In this document: piece after piece, positions 56,482-64,000 of the stretch
How positions within the stretch are numbered: the first letter of the stretch is position 1
How the letters are laid out: each line of letters begins with the position of its first letter
Assembly: GCA_035705985.1 (NCBI GenBank)
Contig: DASSVP010000023.1
Location: 7,974 to 71,973, forward strand
Direction of reading: 5' to 3'
Source: Thermoleophilaceae bacterium
Lineage (GTDB): Bacteria > Actinomycetota > Thermoleophilia > Solirubrobacterales > Thermoleophilaceae
Length of the DNA stretch: 64,000 bases
Translations under genes and position numbers: made by a program
Notes under the pieces: model-generated
Databases searched by the model: none
What the model was told of the DNA's origin: nothing
Seen by the model: only the letters and a program-made list of their open reading frames with translations

Positions 56482-57095
56482 CAGGCCGCCACCACGAGGT
56501 ACTGCTCCCAGGCCGCGGGGATCGTCGGCGCCGCCACGTGGATGAAGATCGCCGGGTTGGGCGCCCTCGGCGTGCGCGCCGGCACCATGTTCGCCTGCTT
56601 CGGCAGCCGGTCGCCCTTGCGGCGGTTGCACGGCGCGCAGCAGGTCACGATGTTCTCCCAGGTGGAGGGCCCGCCCTTCGACCGCGGGATCACGTGGTCG
56701 ACGGTCAGGTTGCCGCGCTCGTGGCCGCAGTACTGGCAGGTCCAGCGGTCGCGCGCGAACACGGCTCGGCGTGTGATCTTGCGGCGGTGGGCGTCGCGCG
56801 GGATGCGCACGTAGGTGAGCAGCCTGATCACCACGGGCCGCGCGAGCGTCAGGTTCTCGGAATGGAGCGCCCAGTCGCCCTTCTCGAGGATCTCGGCGCG
56901 GTTCTTGAGGATCAGCACGGCCGCGCGGCGAACCGTGCAGACGTTGATCGGCTCGTACGACGCGTTGAGGACGAGGACCCGGCCGGGAGACGCGGCGCGC
57001 TGCTCAGGCCGGCCGGCCCCGGGCAGCGCGAACCGAGGGCCTGGTTCTACATCACCCGGCTCGGTCGTGTAGGACACGTGCGCCCGTACTGCCAC
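56481..57095 (-). CDS. HNH endonuclease family protein
   Basis: LVLNASYEPINV N-domain. CQYCGHERGNLTVDHVIPRSKGGPSTWENIVTCCAPCNRRKG HNH/Cys4 motif. Confidence 0.85.
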   Translation of the reverse strand: MAVRAHVSYTTEPGDVEPGPRFALPGAGRPEQRAASPGRVLVLNASYEPINVCTVRRAAVLILKNRAEILEKGDWALHSENLTLARPVVIRLLTYVRIPRDAHRRKITRRAVFARDRWTCQYCGHERGNLTVDHVIPRSKGGPSTWENIVTCCAPCNRRKGDRLPKQANMVPARTPRAPNPAIFIHVAAPTIPAAWEQYLVVAA

Positions 57096-57102
57096 GGTTC
57101 GC

Positions 57103-57939
57103 TCAGTGTAGCCAGGGCGGCCGTCCGTAAGACCCCAGTACGCGGAGCTCCTGGACCGTGAGCGCGGTGAGCGCCTCGCTCACCGCGGGCGTGTCAGCGG
57201 CCCCCTCGAGGTCCACGAAGAACATGTAATGGCCCAGACCCGTGCGACGCGGGCGCGACTCGATCCGCGTCAGGTTCACGTCACGCTGGGCGAACTCGCT
57301 GAGCACCCGGAGCAGCCAGCCGGGCGCCTGGTCGCCGCCGCCCCAGAAGACGATCGAGGTCTTGGCGTCGCCGACCGGGTCCTCGGCCTCGTCGGCTCGT
57401 GCGACCCACACGAAGCGGGTCACGTTGTCCGGATGGTCCTCCACGTCCTCCGCGACCACGTGGCAGTCGTACAGCTCGGCGGCGAGCCGCGACCCGATCG
57501 CGACGCTCGCGTCGTCGGACCCGCAGACCGTGAGGACGGCGTCCGCCGTCGACGGCGCGCTCACGTGCTCCGCGTTCGGCATGTGCTCGCGCAGGAAGCG
57601 CGCGCACTGGGCGGTGGCCTGCGGGTGCGAGACCACGCGCTCCACCGTCGACAGCGAGAGCTCGCCGCGGGCGATCACGCAGTGGTGGATCGGATGCACG
57701 ACCTCGGCGGCGATGCGGACGCCGCCCGCGTCGAGCGCCAGCGTGTCGAGCGTGATCCCGACGCTGCCCTCGAGCGCGTTCTCGATCGGCACCACCGCCC
57801 GCTCGACGGCGCCCTCCTCGACCGCCATCACGGCGTCGTAGATCGTCGGGTACGGCACCGCGACGGCGCCCTCCGGCGAGGACGCGCGGAGGGCCTCCTC
57901 GCTGTGGGTCCCGGCGGGACCGAGGTAGCCGACTTTCAT
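57103..57939 (-). CDS. pheA: prephenate dehydratase (PDT plus ACT domains)
   Basis: MKVGYLGPAGTHSEEA, PIENALEGSV, NVTRFVWV, LTRIESRP. Confidence 0.9.
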   Translation of the reverse strand: MKVGYLGPAGTHSEEALRASSPEGAVAVPYPTIYDAVMAVEEGAVERAVVPIENALEGSVGITLDTLALDAGGVRIAAEVVHPIHHCVIARGELSLSTVERVVSHPQATAQCARFLREHMPNAEHVSAPSTADAVLTVCGSDDASVAIGSRLAAELYDCHVVAEDVEDHPDNVTRFVWVARADEAEDPVGDAKTSIVFWGGGDQAPGWLLRVLSEFAQRDVNLTRIESRPRRTGLGHYMFFVDLEGAADTPAVSEALTALTVQELRVLGSYGRPPWLH

Positions 57940-58451
57940 CAGGCCGCGTTGGCGGGCGTTCCGGCCAGTGCGGTCTCGACCGCCTGCTGCTCCTCCGGCG
58001 AGAGCTCGTACTCCGGAGTCCCCTCGCGCACCTGCTTCACGTACAGGCGCGCCTGGTCGCGGTGGAGGATCGACGAGACCACCACGCCGGTGTGGCGCGA
58101 GTCGAGCAGCGCCACCGTGCTCGACTGCTGGCCGGACAGCTCGTTCATCGCGTCGTAGCGGACGACCGAGGTGTGCGCGATGCAGCCGTCCATCCGGCGC
58201 TCGGCGTCCGACACGCGCCCCTCGAGGCCGCGGGCCACGTCCTCCACCCAGTCGCGCAGCTGCACGAACGCCTCCTGAAGCGAGGCGGCGTGCGCGGCGA
58301 GGTCCGTATCCTCGCCGCCGAGGATGGTGCGCTGGGCCGCGCGCACGCGCCGAAGCTTGAAGGTCAGGACGATCACCCAGAGCAGCGCGATCGCCGCGAT
58401 CCCCGCGGCCGCGAGCGCGACGATGCCCTGGGTCGAGTTCAGATCGTCCAC
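57939..58451 (-). CDS. DUF4446-family membrane-anchored protein
   Basis: 170 aa. N-terminal TM, then VVRYDAMNELSGQQSSTVALLDSRHTGVVVSSILHRDQARLYVK. Confidence 0.65.
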   Translation of the reverse strand: MDDLNSTQGIVALAAAGIAAIALLWVIVLTFKLRRVRAAQRTILGGEDTDLAAHAASLQEAFVQLRDWVEDVARGLEGRVSDAERRMDGCIAHTSVVRYDAMNELSGQQSSTVALLDSRHTGVVVSSILHRDQARLYVKQVREGTPEYELSPEEQQAVETALAGTPANAA

Positions 58452-58470
58452 GCCGCCAGGGTAGCCAGCC

Positions 58471-59640
58471 TCAGCGGGTGAAGATGACCGTGAACTCGGC
58501 CTCGTTGTTGTCCGTGACCTCCTCGCCGGGCACCGGCTCCACGCGCACGGTGATCGGCACGTTCTGGCCCGTCGGCGGCTGCTCTGACAGCGGGATGGTC
58601 ACGGGCTTCTGCTCCCCGGCCGCGATCTCGTCGATCGTCTCCTCGGCTTCGAAGGCGTCCCCGCCCGAGCCCACGCTCACGGTGACGCGGACGTCGGTCT
58701 CGGTGCTGTCGCCCTGGTTCACGACCTGGATCTCGAAGGCGGCGTCCTCGCTGAGCTGCACGGTCGTCGATGCGCCTGGCGTCATGGCCGTGCCGGCGAG
58801 CGACACGGTCCCGAGTCCGTTGCCGTGGAGGCCCGGCGCGGCCGTGCCGTCGGATCCGCGCAGCCCGGCGATCTCGTCCGCCACGAAGTCCGGGTCCACC
58901 CAGGCGAGGTTCTCGACGAAGGTGAGCGCCTGGTCGCCGGGCGGGTCCTCGCCGATGCCCTCTGCGTCCAGCGACTCCTCGAGGGTCGGGCGATAGCGGG
59001 CCTTGAGGAGTACGTCGCTGGCGAGGAAGACCTGCATCGTCTCCGCGATGTCGCCCGTGCTCTCGCGGCGCTCCTCCTCGGCGAGCGCACCCGGCAGCGC
59101 CCTGGCAACGACCGCGAGCGCGTCACGGCGCAGGTCGAGCGCCTCCTGGAAGTAGCCGTGCGCCTCCGACAGCTCGTCCGGCACGTCGAGGTCGCGCGCG
59201 CGGTCGGAGAGCGTGGCGGAGTCCACGCGCAGGGCATTCGCCTGGTTCTGCTGGTTCACCGCCTGGTCCGGGTCGTTTCCGGCTCCGAGGATCTCGAACA
59301 GCTGCCGGCTCTCGGCCTTGGACAGCGCGACGAGCTCGTTCGACCCGCGCACGTAGTCCTCCATCGCCCGCTCCTTGCGCGCGTCCAGGCAGCCCCGGAA
59401 CGCCAGCACCAGCAGGATGAACACGAGCAGGCCACCGCCGATGGCTATGGTCCGGCGGACGAGGAGCGTCTGGCGATCGGTCGAGGGACCGCGAGACGGC
59501 CGGCGGCGCGGCGGACGTACAGGCTCGTCCGGTTCGTCGAGGAAGGACAGGCGAATCGCTCCTAGCGCTATGAGCGCGTCGTGCGCAGGTTGACGGCAGT
59601 ATGAACGTGGGGCAGGACGCGCTCCCCGGAAACCGAACAC
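58471..59640 (-). CDS. single-pass membrane protein with C-terminal CARDB-like beta-sandwich domain
   Basis: 389 aa. Arg-rich N-terminus, TM IAIGGGLLVFILLVLAF, helical region. C-terminus AFEIQVVNQGDSTETDVRVTV..AGEQKPVTIPL..VTDNNEAEFTVIF is CARDB-like. Confidence 0.55.
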   Translation of the reverse strand: MFGFRGARPAPRSYCRQPAHDALIALGAIRLSFLDEPDEPVRPPRRRPSRGPSTDRQTLLVRRTIAIGGGLLVFILLVLAFRGCLDARKERAMEDYVRGSNELVALSKAESRQLFEILGAGNDPDQAVNQQNQANALRVDSATLSDRARDLDVPDELSEAHGYFQEALDLRRDALAVVARALPGALAEEERRESTGDIAETMQVFLASDVLLKARYRPTLEESLDAEGIGEDPPGDQALTFVENLAWVDPDFVADEIAGLRGSDGTAAPGLHGNGLGTVSLAGTAMTPGASTTVQLSEDAAFEIQVVNQGDSTETDVRVTVSVGSGGDAFEAEETIDEIAAGEQKPVTIPLSEQPPTGQNVPITVRVEPVPGEEVTDNNEAEFTVIFTR

Positions 59641-59649
59641 GAAACTGGC

Positions 59650-61515
59650 ATGAGACGTTCCGCAACAGGCTTCACGGATGAGCCCGGCACGCTGCCACTA
59701 GGCGGCTCGGACCCTACACAACCACTCCCGGGCGGCTCCGGCGCGCGGCTCATCCTGGATCGCTACCGGATGGAGCGCCGGCTCGGCGCCGGGGGCTTCG
59801 GCGTCGTCTGGCTGGCCTGGGACGAGAAGCTCGAGCGTGAGGTCGCCGTGAAGGTGATCCCGCGCGAGCGCGGCGCGGGTGAGCGGGTGGAGCGCGAGGC
59901 GCGCGCCGCCGCCCGTCTGAACCACCCGGGCATCGTCGCCATCTACGAGCTGGCCTCCGACGAGCACGACGTGTACCTGGTCTCCGAGCTGGTTCGGGGC
60001 CGAACGCTCGCGGAGCTGACCAGGGCCGGCGCGATCTCGGACCGCGACGTGGCGCGCATCGGCGCCGCCCTCTGCGAGGCGCTCGAGCACGCGCACGCGC
60101 GCGGGGTCATCCACCGCGACGTGAAGCCGCAGAACGTGATGGTCCTGGCCGAGCCCGCCGCGGGTGCCGGGTTCGCCAAGCTCGCCGACTTCGGCGTGGC
60201 CCACGTCGCCACGGGCGACCCGCTCACGCGCACGGGCGACGTCGTCGGCACGCTCGCCTACATGGCGCCGGAGCAGGCGGAGGGCGCTCGGGTAACCCCG
60301 GCGTGCGACGTCTACTCGCTGGCGCTCACCCTCTACGAGGCCTGGACCGGCACGAACCCGGTGAAGGCCGCCGGCCCCGCCGCCACTGCGCGGCGCCTGG
60401 GCAGGCCGCTCCCCTCGCTGGCCGGGATGCGGCGCGACCTGCCGTTGGAGCTGTGTGACGCGGTGGACGAGGCGCTCGACGTGGATCCCTCCTACCGCCC
60501 AACGCCCGAGCGTCTACGCCAGGCATTGAAGGCGGCCGAGGGGGAGCTGGCCGACGAGGGGGGGCTCGTGGAGCCGGCCACGCTACGACGCGTTGGCCTG
60601 GCCACAACGGCCGGGCACAAAAGGCACCTCTTCCGCCGCCGAGACCCGACTGGCGCATGGATTGGGCCTATAGCGCCCAATCGATCCGCCACTTCGTCGA
60701 TTCCGGCCCGGTTCGCGGCGGGTTTGGCTACAGGGGGGCTCGTTCTTGCGTGTCTCGAGACACTCGGACCACAGCCGGGGTTCTCGACGCTCGCGGCGGC
60801 GGGGATCGTCGCCCTCATTGCCGCCGTGCTCCCACGAATCGGCTGGCTTGTGGCCGTTGTGGGACTGTGCGCGTGGCTCATCTCGCCCGAGGCCGACCGC
60901 CAGGGGACCGCGCTGATCCTCATGGCTGCGGCCGCGCCCGTCCCGCTCCTGCTGCCGCGGGCGGGCCTCCTGTGGACGGTCCCCGTCATTGCCCCTCTCC
61001 TCGGCACGATCGCGCTCGCCCCGGCCTTCATCGGCATAGCGGCGCTGGCCCCGACCCCAGCCCGCCGCGCCGGCCTGGCTGCCGCGGGGCTCTGGTGGCT
61101 TGCGCTGGGCGAGATCCTCACGGGACGATCGCTGCTGTTCGGCGCTCCTGACGGCGCCCTCCCGCGTGCGCGCTGGGAGGGCTCGATCTCGGCGGCCGCC
61201 TCTGACGCGATCCAGCCGCTCCTGACGACCCCCGCACTCGCGCCCGTATTGGCCTGGGCGGCCGGCGCCGTGGTCCTGATGCTCGTCGTTCGTGGTCGCT
61301 GGCTGATCACCGACATGGTGGGCGCCGCAGTCTGCGCGGCGGCGCTGGTAGCCGCGCACGCCGCGCTCGGCGACGTGCTGGCCGCGGAGGTCGCTTTGGA
61401 CCAGGCTCGCGGCGCCGTGGCGGGCAGCGTCGCGGCCGCGCTGGTGGTGGTGACGATGTCCCGGACGGCGGGCCCGGGCGAGGCCTGGGGTACTCCGCGT
61501 ATCACGACGGCTTAG
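59650..61515 (+). CDS. Hanks-type Ser/Thr protein kinase fused to a polytopic C-terminal membrane domain
   Basis: GAGGFGVVWLA, VAVKVI, HRDVKPQNVMV, DFGVA, GTLAYMAPEQ. Residues from about 340 to 620 contain numerous hydrophobic helices. No PASTA repeats. Confidence 0.9.
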   Translation: MRRSATGFTDEPGTLPLGGSDPTQPLPGGSGARLILDRYRMERRLGAGGFGVVWLAWDEKLEREVAVKVIPRERGAGERVEREARAAARLNHPGIVAIYELASDEHDVYLVSELVRGRTLAELTRAGAISDRDVARIGAALCEALEHAHARGVIHRDVKPQNVMVLAEPAAGAGFAKLADFGVAHVATGDPLTRTGDVVGTLAYMAPEQAEGARVTPACDVYSLALTLYEAWTGTNPVKAAGPAATARRLGRPLPSLAGMRRDLPLELCDAVDEALDVDPSYRPTPERLRQALKAAEGELADEGGLVEPATLRRVGLATTAGHKRHLFRRRDPTGAWIGPIAPNRSATSSIPARFAAGLATGGLVLACLETLGPQPGFSTLAAAGIVALIAAVLPRIGWLVAVVGLCAWLISPEADRQGTALILMAAAAPVPLLLPRAGLLWTVPVIAPLLGTIALAPAFIGIAALAPTPARRAGLAAAGLWWLALGEILTGRSLLFGAPDGALPRARWEGSISAAASDAIQPLLTTPALAPVLAWAAGAVVLMLVVRGRWLITDMVGAAVCAAALVAAHAALGDVLAAEVALDQARGAVAGSVAAALVVVTMSRTAGPGEAWGTPRITTA

Positions 61516-61533
61516 GACTACTCTGCGAGACGA

Positions 61534-62301
61534 ATGAGCATGCTGCGCAACCTTGAGGCAAAGCTCGGCGGCTTCGTCGAAGGCGCGTTCGGACGGGCGT
61601 TCCGGACGAGCGTCCAGCCCGTCGAGCTCGCCCACAAGCTCGCGAAGGAGATGGAGGACAACCAGATGGTCTCCGTCTCTCGCGTGTACGTCCCAAACCA
61701 CTACCGCGTCTTCCTGTCCCCGAAGGACCGCGAGCAGTTTGCGAGCTACGAGCCCGCGCTGCGCAAGGAGCTGTCGGACTACCTGCTCGAGCACGCGCGC
61801 CAGGAGTCGTTCGCGCTCTCAACGCGGCCGCAGGTGGAGTTCGACACGGACGAGCGACTCGACCTCGGCGAGTTCGGGATCCAGGCTCAGCTCCTGGCCG
61901 CGCCGGAGGAGGAGCAGAAGGCCGAGGGGCCCGCCACGCCGGCGCCGTCGTCGGGCGACTTCGGCCACACGATGGTCTACTCGCCGAGCCGTGAGGCGCG
62001 CCGCATCGACCCGGCGCCGGACAGGGGACAGGCGCTCCTCGTGGGCGACGGCCGCCGGAACGTGCTGGGCGGCAGCCGCGTCGTCATCGGGCGCAGCCGC
62101 GAGGCGGACATCGTGCTCCAGGACCCGAACATCTCGCGGCGGCACGCCGAGCTCCGCCGCGGCGACGAGGGCTGGCAGATCGTGGACCTCGGCTCGACGA
62201 ACGGGATCAAGGTCAACGGCCGCCGAGTGGACAACGCGGCGCTTCGCCCGGGCGACCAGGTCACGATCGGCGTGACGGACCTGACGTTCGAGCTCGAGTA
62301 G
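61534..62301 (+). CDS. fhaA: FhaA-like protein (DUF3662 N-domain plus C-terminal FHA)
   Basis: MSMLRNLEAKLGGFVEGAFGRAF..VQPVELAHKL..YVPNHYRVFLSP. C-terminal FHA VVIGRSREADIVLQDPNISRRHAEL..STNGIKVNG. Confidence 0.85.
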   Translation: MSMLRNLEAKLGGFVEGAFGRAFRTSVQPVELAHKLAKEMEDNQMVSVSRVYVPNHYRVFLSPKDREQFASYEPALRKELSDYLLEHARQESFALSTRPQVEFDTDERLDLGEFGIQAQLLAAPEEEQKAEGPATPAPSSGDFGHTMVYSPSREARRIDPAPDRGQALLVGDGRRNVLGGSRVVIGRSREADIVLQDPNISRRHAELRRGDEGWQIVDLGSTNGIKVNGRRVDNAALRPGDQVTIGVTDLTFELE

Positions 62302-62304
62302 CGG

Positions 62305-62787
62305 ATGGACGAGCCTCTCGCGGTCGCACTGAAGTTCGGCTTCCTGCTGGTGCTCTATCTGTTCCTCCTGTGGATGGCGCGGAGCGCGATGCGCGACCTC
62401 GCGCGCTACGGCGGGACGGCCGCCGCGGCGGAGCCGGTCGAGGCGCCCGGCCCGGCACGACGCGAACGCGGCGACCGCGACCTGCGCGCGGGCGTGTCGC
62501 CGCGCCTCCACGTGGTTGCGGCGATGGGCCATGAGCCGGGTACGACGTTCGACGTGGGCGAGGGCGCCATCTTCGGCCGCTCCGACGGAGCGGACATCCG
62601 CGTGGACGACCCCTTCGCGTCGTCCGCCCACGCCCGCGTCTTCAACCGCGCCGGGATCATGCACCTCGAGGACATGGGCTCGACGAACGGCACCTACCTC
62701 AACGGACGGCAGGTCAAGGCGCCGCAGCGGCTCAGCATCGGGGACACGATCCGGATCGGCGACAGCGAATACCGCTACGAGGAGTAG
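62305..62787 (+). CDS. fhaB: FhaB/FipA-like membrane-anchored FHA protein
   Basis: N-terminal TM LKFGFLLVLYLFLLWM. C-terminal FHA IFGRSDGADIRVDDPFASSAHARV..STNGTYLNG. Confidence 0.85.
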   Translation: MDEPLAVALKFGFLLVLYLFLLWMARSAMRDLARYGGTAAAAEPVEAPGPARRERGDRDLRAGVSPRLHVVAAMGHEPGTTFDVGEGAIFGRSDGADIRVDDPFASSAHARVFNRAGIMHLEDMGSTNGTYLNGRQVKAPQRLSIGDTIRIGDSEYRYEE

Positions 62788-62790
62788 CGG

Positions 62791-64000
62791 ATGGCGCTCC
62801 ACATCGTCGAGCACGCCGGCCGCACGGACGTGGGCCGGCAGCGGACCGCCAACGAGGACTCGCTCGTGGTCAGGCCGCCGCTGTTCGCGGTGGCGGACGG
62901 CATGGGCGGCGCGAAGGCGGGCGAGGTGGCGTCCGCCGTGGCGGTCGAGGCCGTGGAGGACGCGCGCGAGTCGAGCGAGCCGGCCGAGGCGCAGCTCGCG
63001 GGCATCGTCCGCGACGCGAACCGGCGCATCTACGAGCTCGCGGTCGGCGACGAGTCGCGCCGCGGGATGGGCACCACGCTCACGCTCGCGAAGCTCCACG
63101 GCGACGAGGTGAGCCTCGCGCACGTGGGCGACAGCCGCGCCTACCGGCTCCGCGGGGACGAGCTCCAGCAGCTGACGCGCGACCACTCGCTCGTGGCGGA
63201 GCTCGAGCGCAGCGGCCAGATCACCGCGGAGGCGGCGGAGCACCACCCGCAGCGGTCGATCATCACGCGAGCGCTGGGCCCCGAGCCCGACGTGGAGGTA
63301 GACACGTACACGCTCGCCGGCCGCGAGGGCGACGTCTTCCTGATCTGCTCCGACGGCCTCACGTCGATGATCTCCGACGAGGAGGTGAGCTCGATCCTGC
63401 GCTCGGCCGGCTCCCTGGACGAGGCCGCCGACGCGCTCGTGCTCGCCGCGAACCAGAGCGGCGGCAAGGACAACATCACGGTGATCCTGTTCCGCCTCGG
63501 CAACGGCGAGGACGTCGCCGCACACGAGCCGGCGGAGAGCCAGGACACGATCGTCGGCGGGCTGACGGCGCAGGACGTGGAGGAGGCGCGCGCCGAGCAG
63601 CGGCCGGCGGCGGCCGCGCTCGGGGACGCCCCGGCGGACGCGACCGTGATCCGCCCGCCGGTGGAGCGTGGCCCGGTCGAGGGCGCGCCGCCCCCACGGC
63701 CGGCGGAGCAGCCGCGGCCTCGCCGCCGCCGGCTCCCGCTCGGCGCCGCCGCCGCGGTGCTCCTGGTCGCGGGCATCATCGGAGGCCTCTACCTGCTCAG
63801 CCGGCAGGTGTACTTCGTCGGCACCAACGACGCGGGACTCGTGACGGTCTACAAGGGGCTTCCCTACGAGCTGCCGCTCGGAATCGAGCTCTACGAGGAG
63901 GACTACGCCAGCGGCATGCCCGCGCGGGCGATCCCCGCGCGCCGGCGCGAGCGCGTGCTCGACCACGAGTGGCGCAGCCGCGACGACGCCGTCGACCTGG
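62791..64000 (+). CDS. pstP: PP2C-family Ser/Thr phosphatase PstP-like with C-terminal TM and ectodomain, runs off the window (partial)
   Basis: Own translation from ATG 62791: MALHIVEHAGRTDVGRQRTANEDS, FAVADGMGGAKAGEVAS, GMGTTLT, DNITVILFRL, later TM LGAAAAVLLVAGIIGGLYLL. No stop before 64000, so it is absent from the ORF track. Confidence 0.85.
   Translation, partial: MALHIVEHAGRTDVGRQRTANEDSLVVRPPLFAVADGMGGAKAGEVASAVAVEAVEDARESSEPAEAQLAGIVRDANRRIYELAVGDESRRGMGTTLTLAKLHGDEVSLAHVGDSRAYRLRGDELQQLTRDHSLVAELERSGQITAEAAEHHPQRSIITRALGPEPDVEVDTYTLAGREGDVFLICSDGLTSMISDEEVSSILRSAGSLDEAADALVLAANQSGGKDNITVILFRLGNGEDVAAHEPAESQDTIVGGLTAQDVEEARAEQRPAAAALGDAPADATVIRPPVERGPVEGAPPPRPAEQPRPRRRRLPLGAAAAVLLVAGIIGGLYLLSRQVYFVGTNDAGLVTVYKGLPYELPLGIELYEEDYASGMPARAIPARRRERVLDHEWRSRDDAVDL

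Overview
Very GC-rich bacterial chromosome segment centred on the replication-origin neighbourhood. Gene order (minus strand, then plus strand) is parB-parA-rsmG-jag-yidC-yidD-rnpA-rpmH | dnaA-dnaN-recF-DUF721(DciA-like)-gyrB-gyrA. Synteny and protein motifs look like a deep-branching Actinomycetota lineage (Thermoleophilia or Rubrobacteria-like); that placement is inference only.

Left of the origin:
- an MprAB/PepD-like two-component system plus HtrA lipoprotein module
- a treT-otsA trehalose pair
- rpsF-ssb-rpsR-rplI-dnaB-purA
- a tightly coupled nucleotide-sugar operon that starts directly after a tRNA-Lys
- tatAC and dcd
- a long co-directional heme, menaquinol:cytochrome c reductase and menaquinone run (hemB, AhbA/B-like, hemL, qcrABC, menG, polyprenyl synthase)
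- an ABC-2 exporter
- a GtrA/GT87/alkaline-phosphatase-family envelope operon
- tRNA-Ile

Right of gyrA:
- a secreted beta-helix protein
- a roughly 300 bp gene-free structured gap
- a coiled-coil plus HNH pair, pheA, DUF4446 and a CARDB-tailed membrane protein
- a Ser/Thr kinase followed by fhaA-fhaB-pstP, which runs off the window

I found no rRNA, CRISPR array, transposase, integrase or obvious accessory or defence island. This is core genome.

The ORF track is full of stop-poor antisense and N-terminally over-extended frames. I trimmed many calls to starts that overlap the upstream stop by four nucleotides (GTGA, ATGA, TTGA).

Most noteworthy unexplained signals:
1. A small family of structured intergenic elements. 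Two near-identical copies flank the origin genes and a third, divergent copy lies upstream of rpsF.
2. A Wbp-like diacetamido-sugar operon whose aminotransferase slot is filled by a fold-type IV enzyme.
3. That operon's first start codon abuts the tRNA-Lys 3' end with zero spacer.
4. A fused AhbA/B-like siroheme decarboxylase sits inside the hem operon.
5. GyrB carries an E. coli-type large insertion.

All function calls rest on motif recognition by eye. No BLAST, HMM or folding was run, and start codons are unverified.
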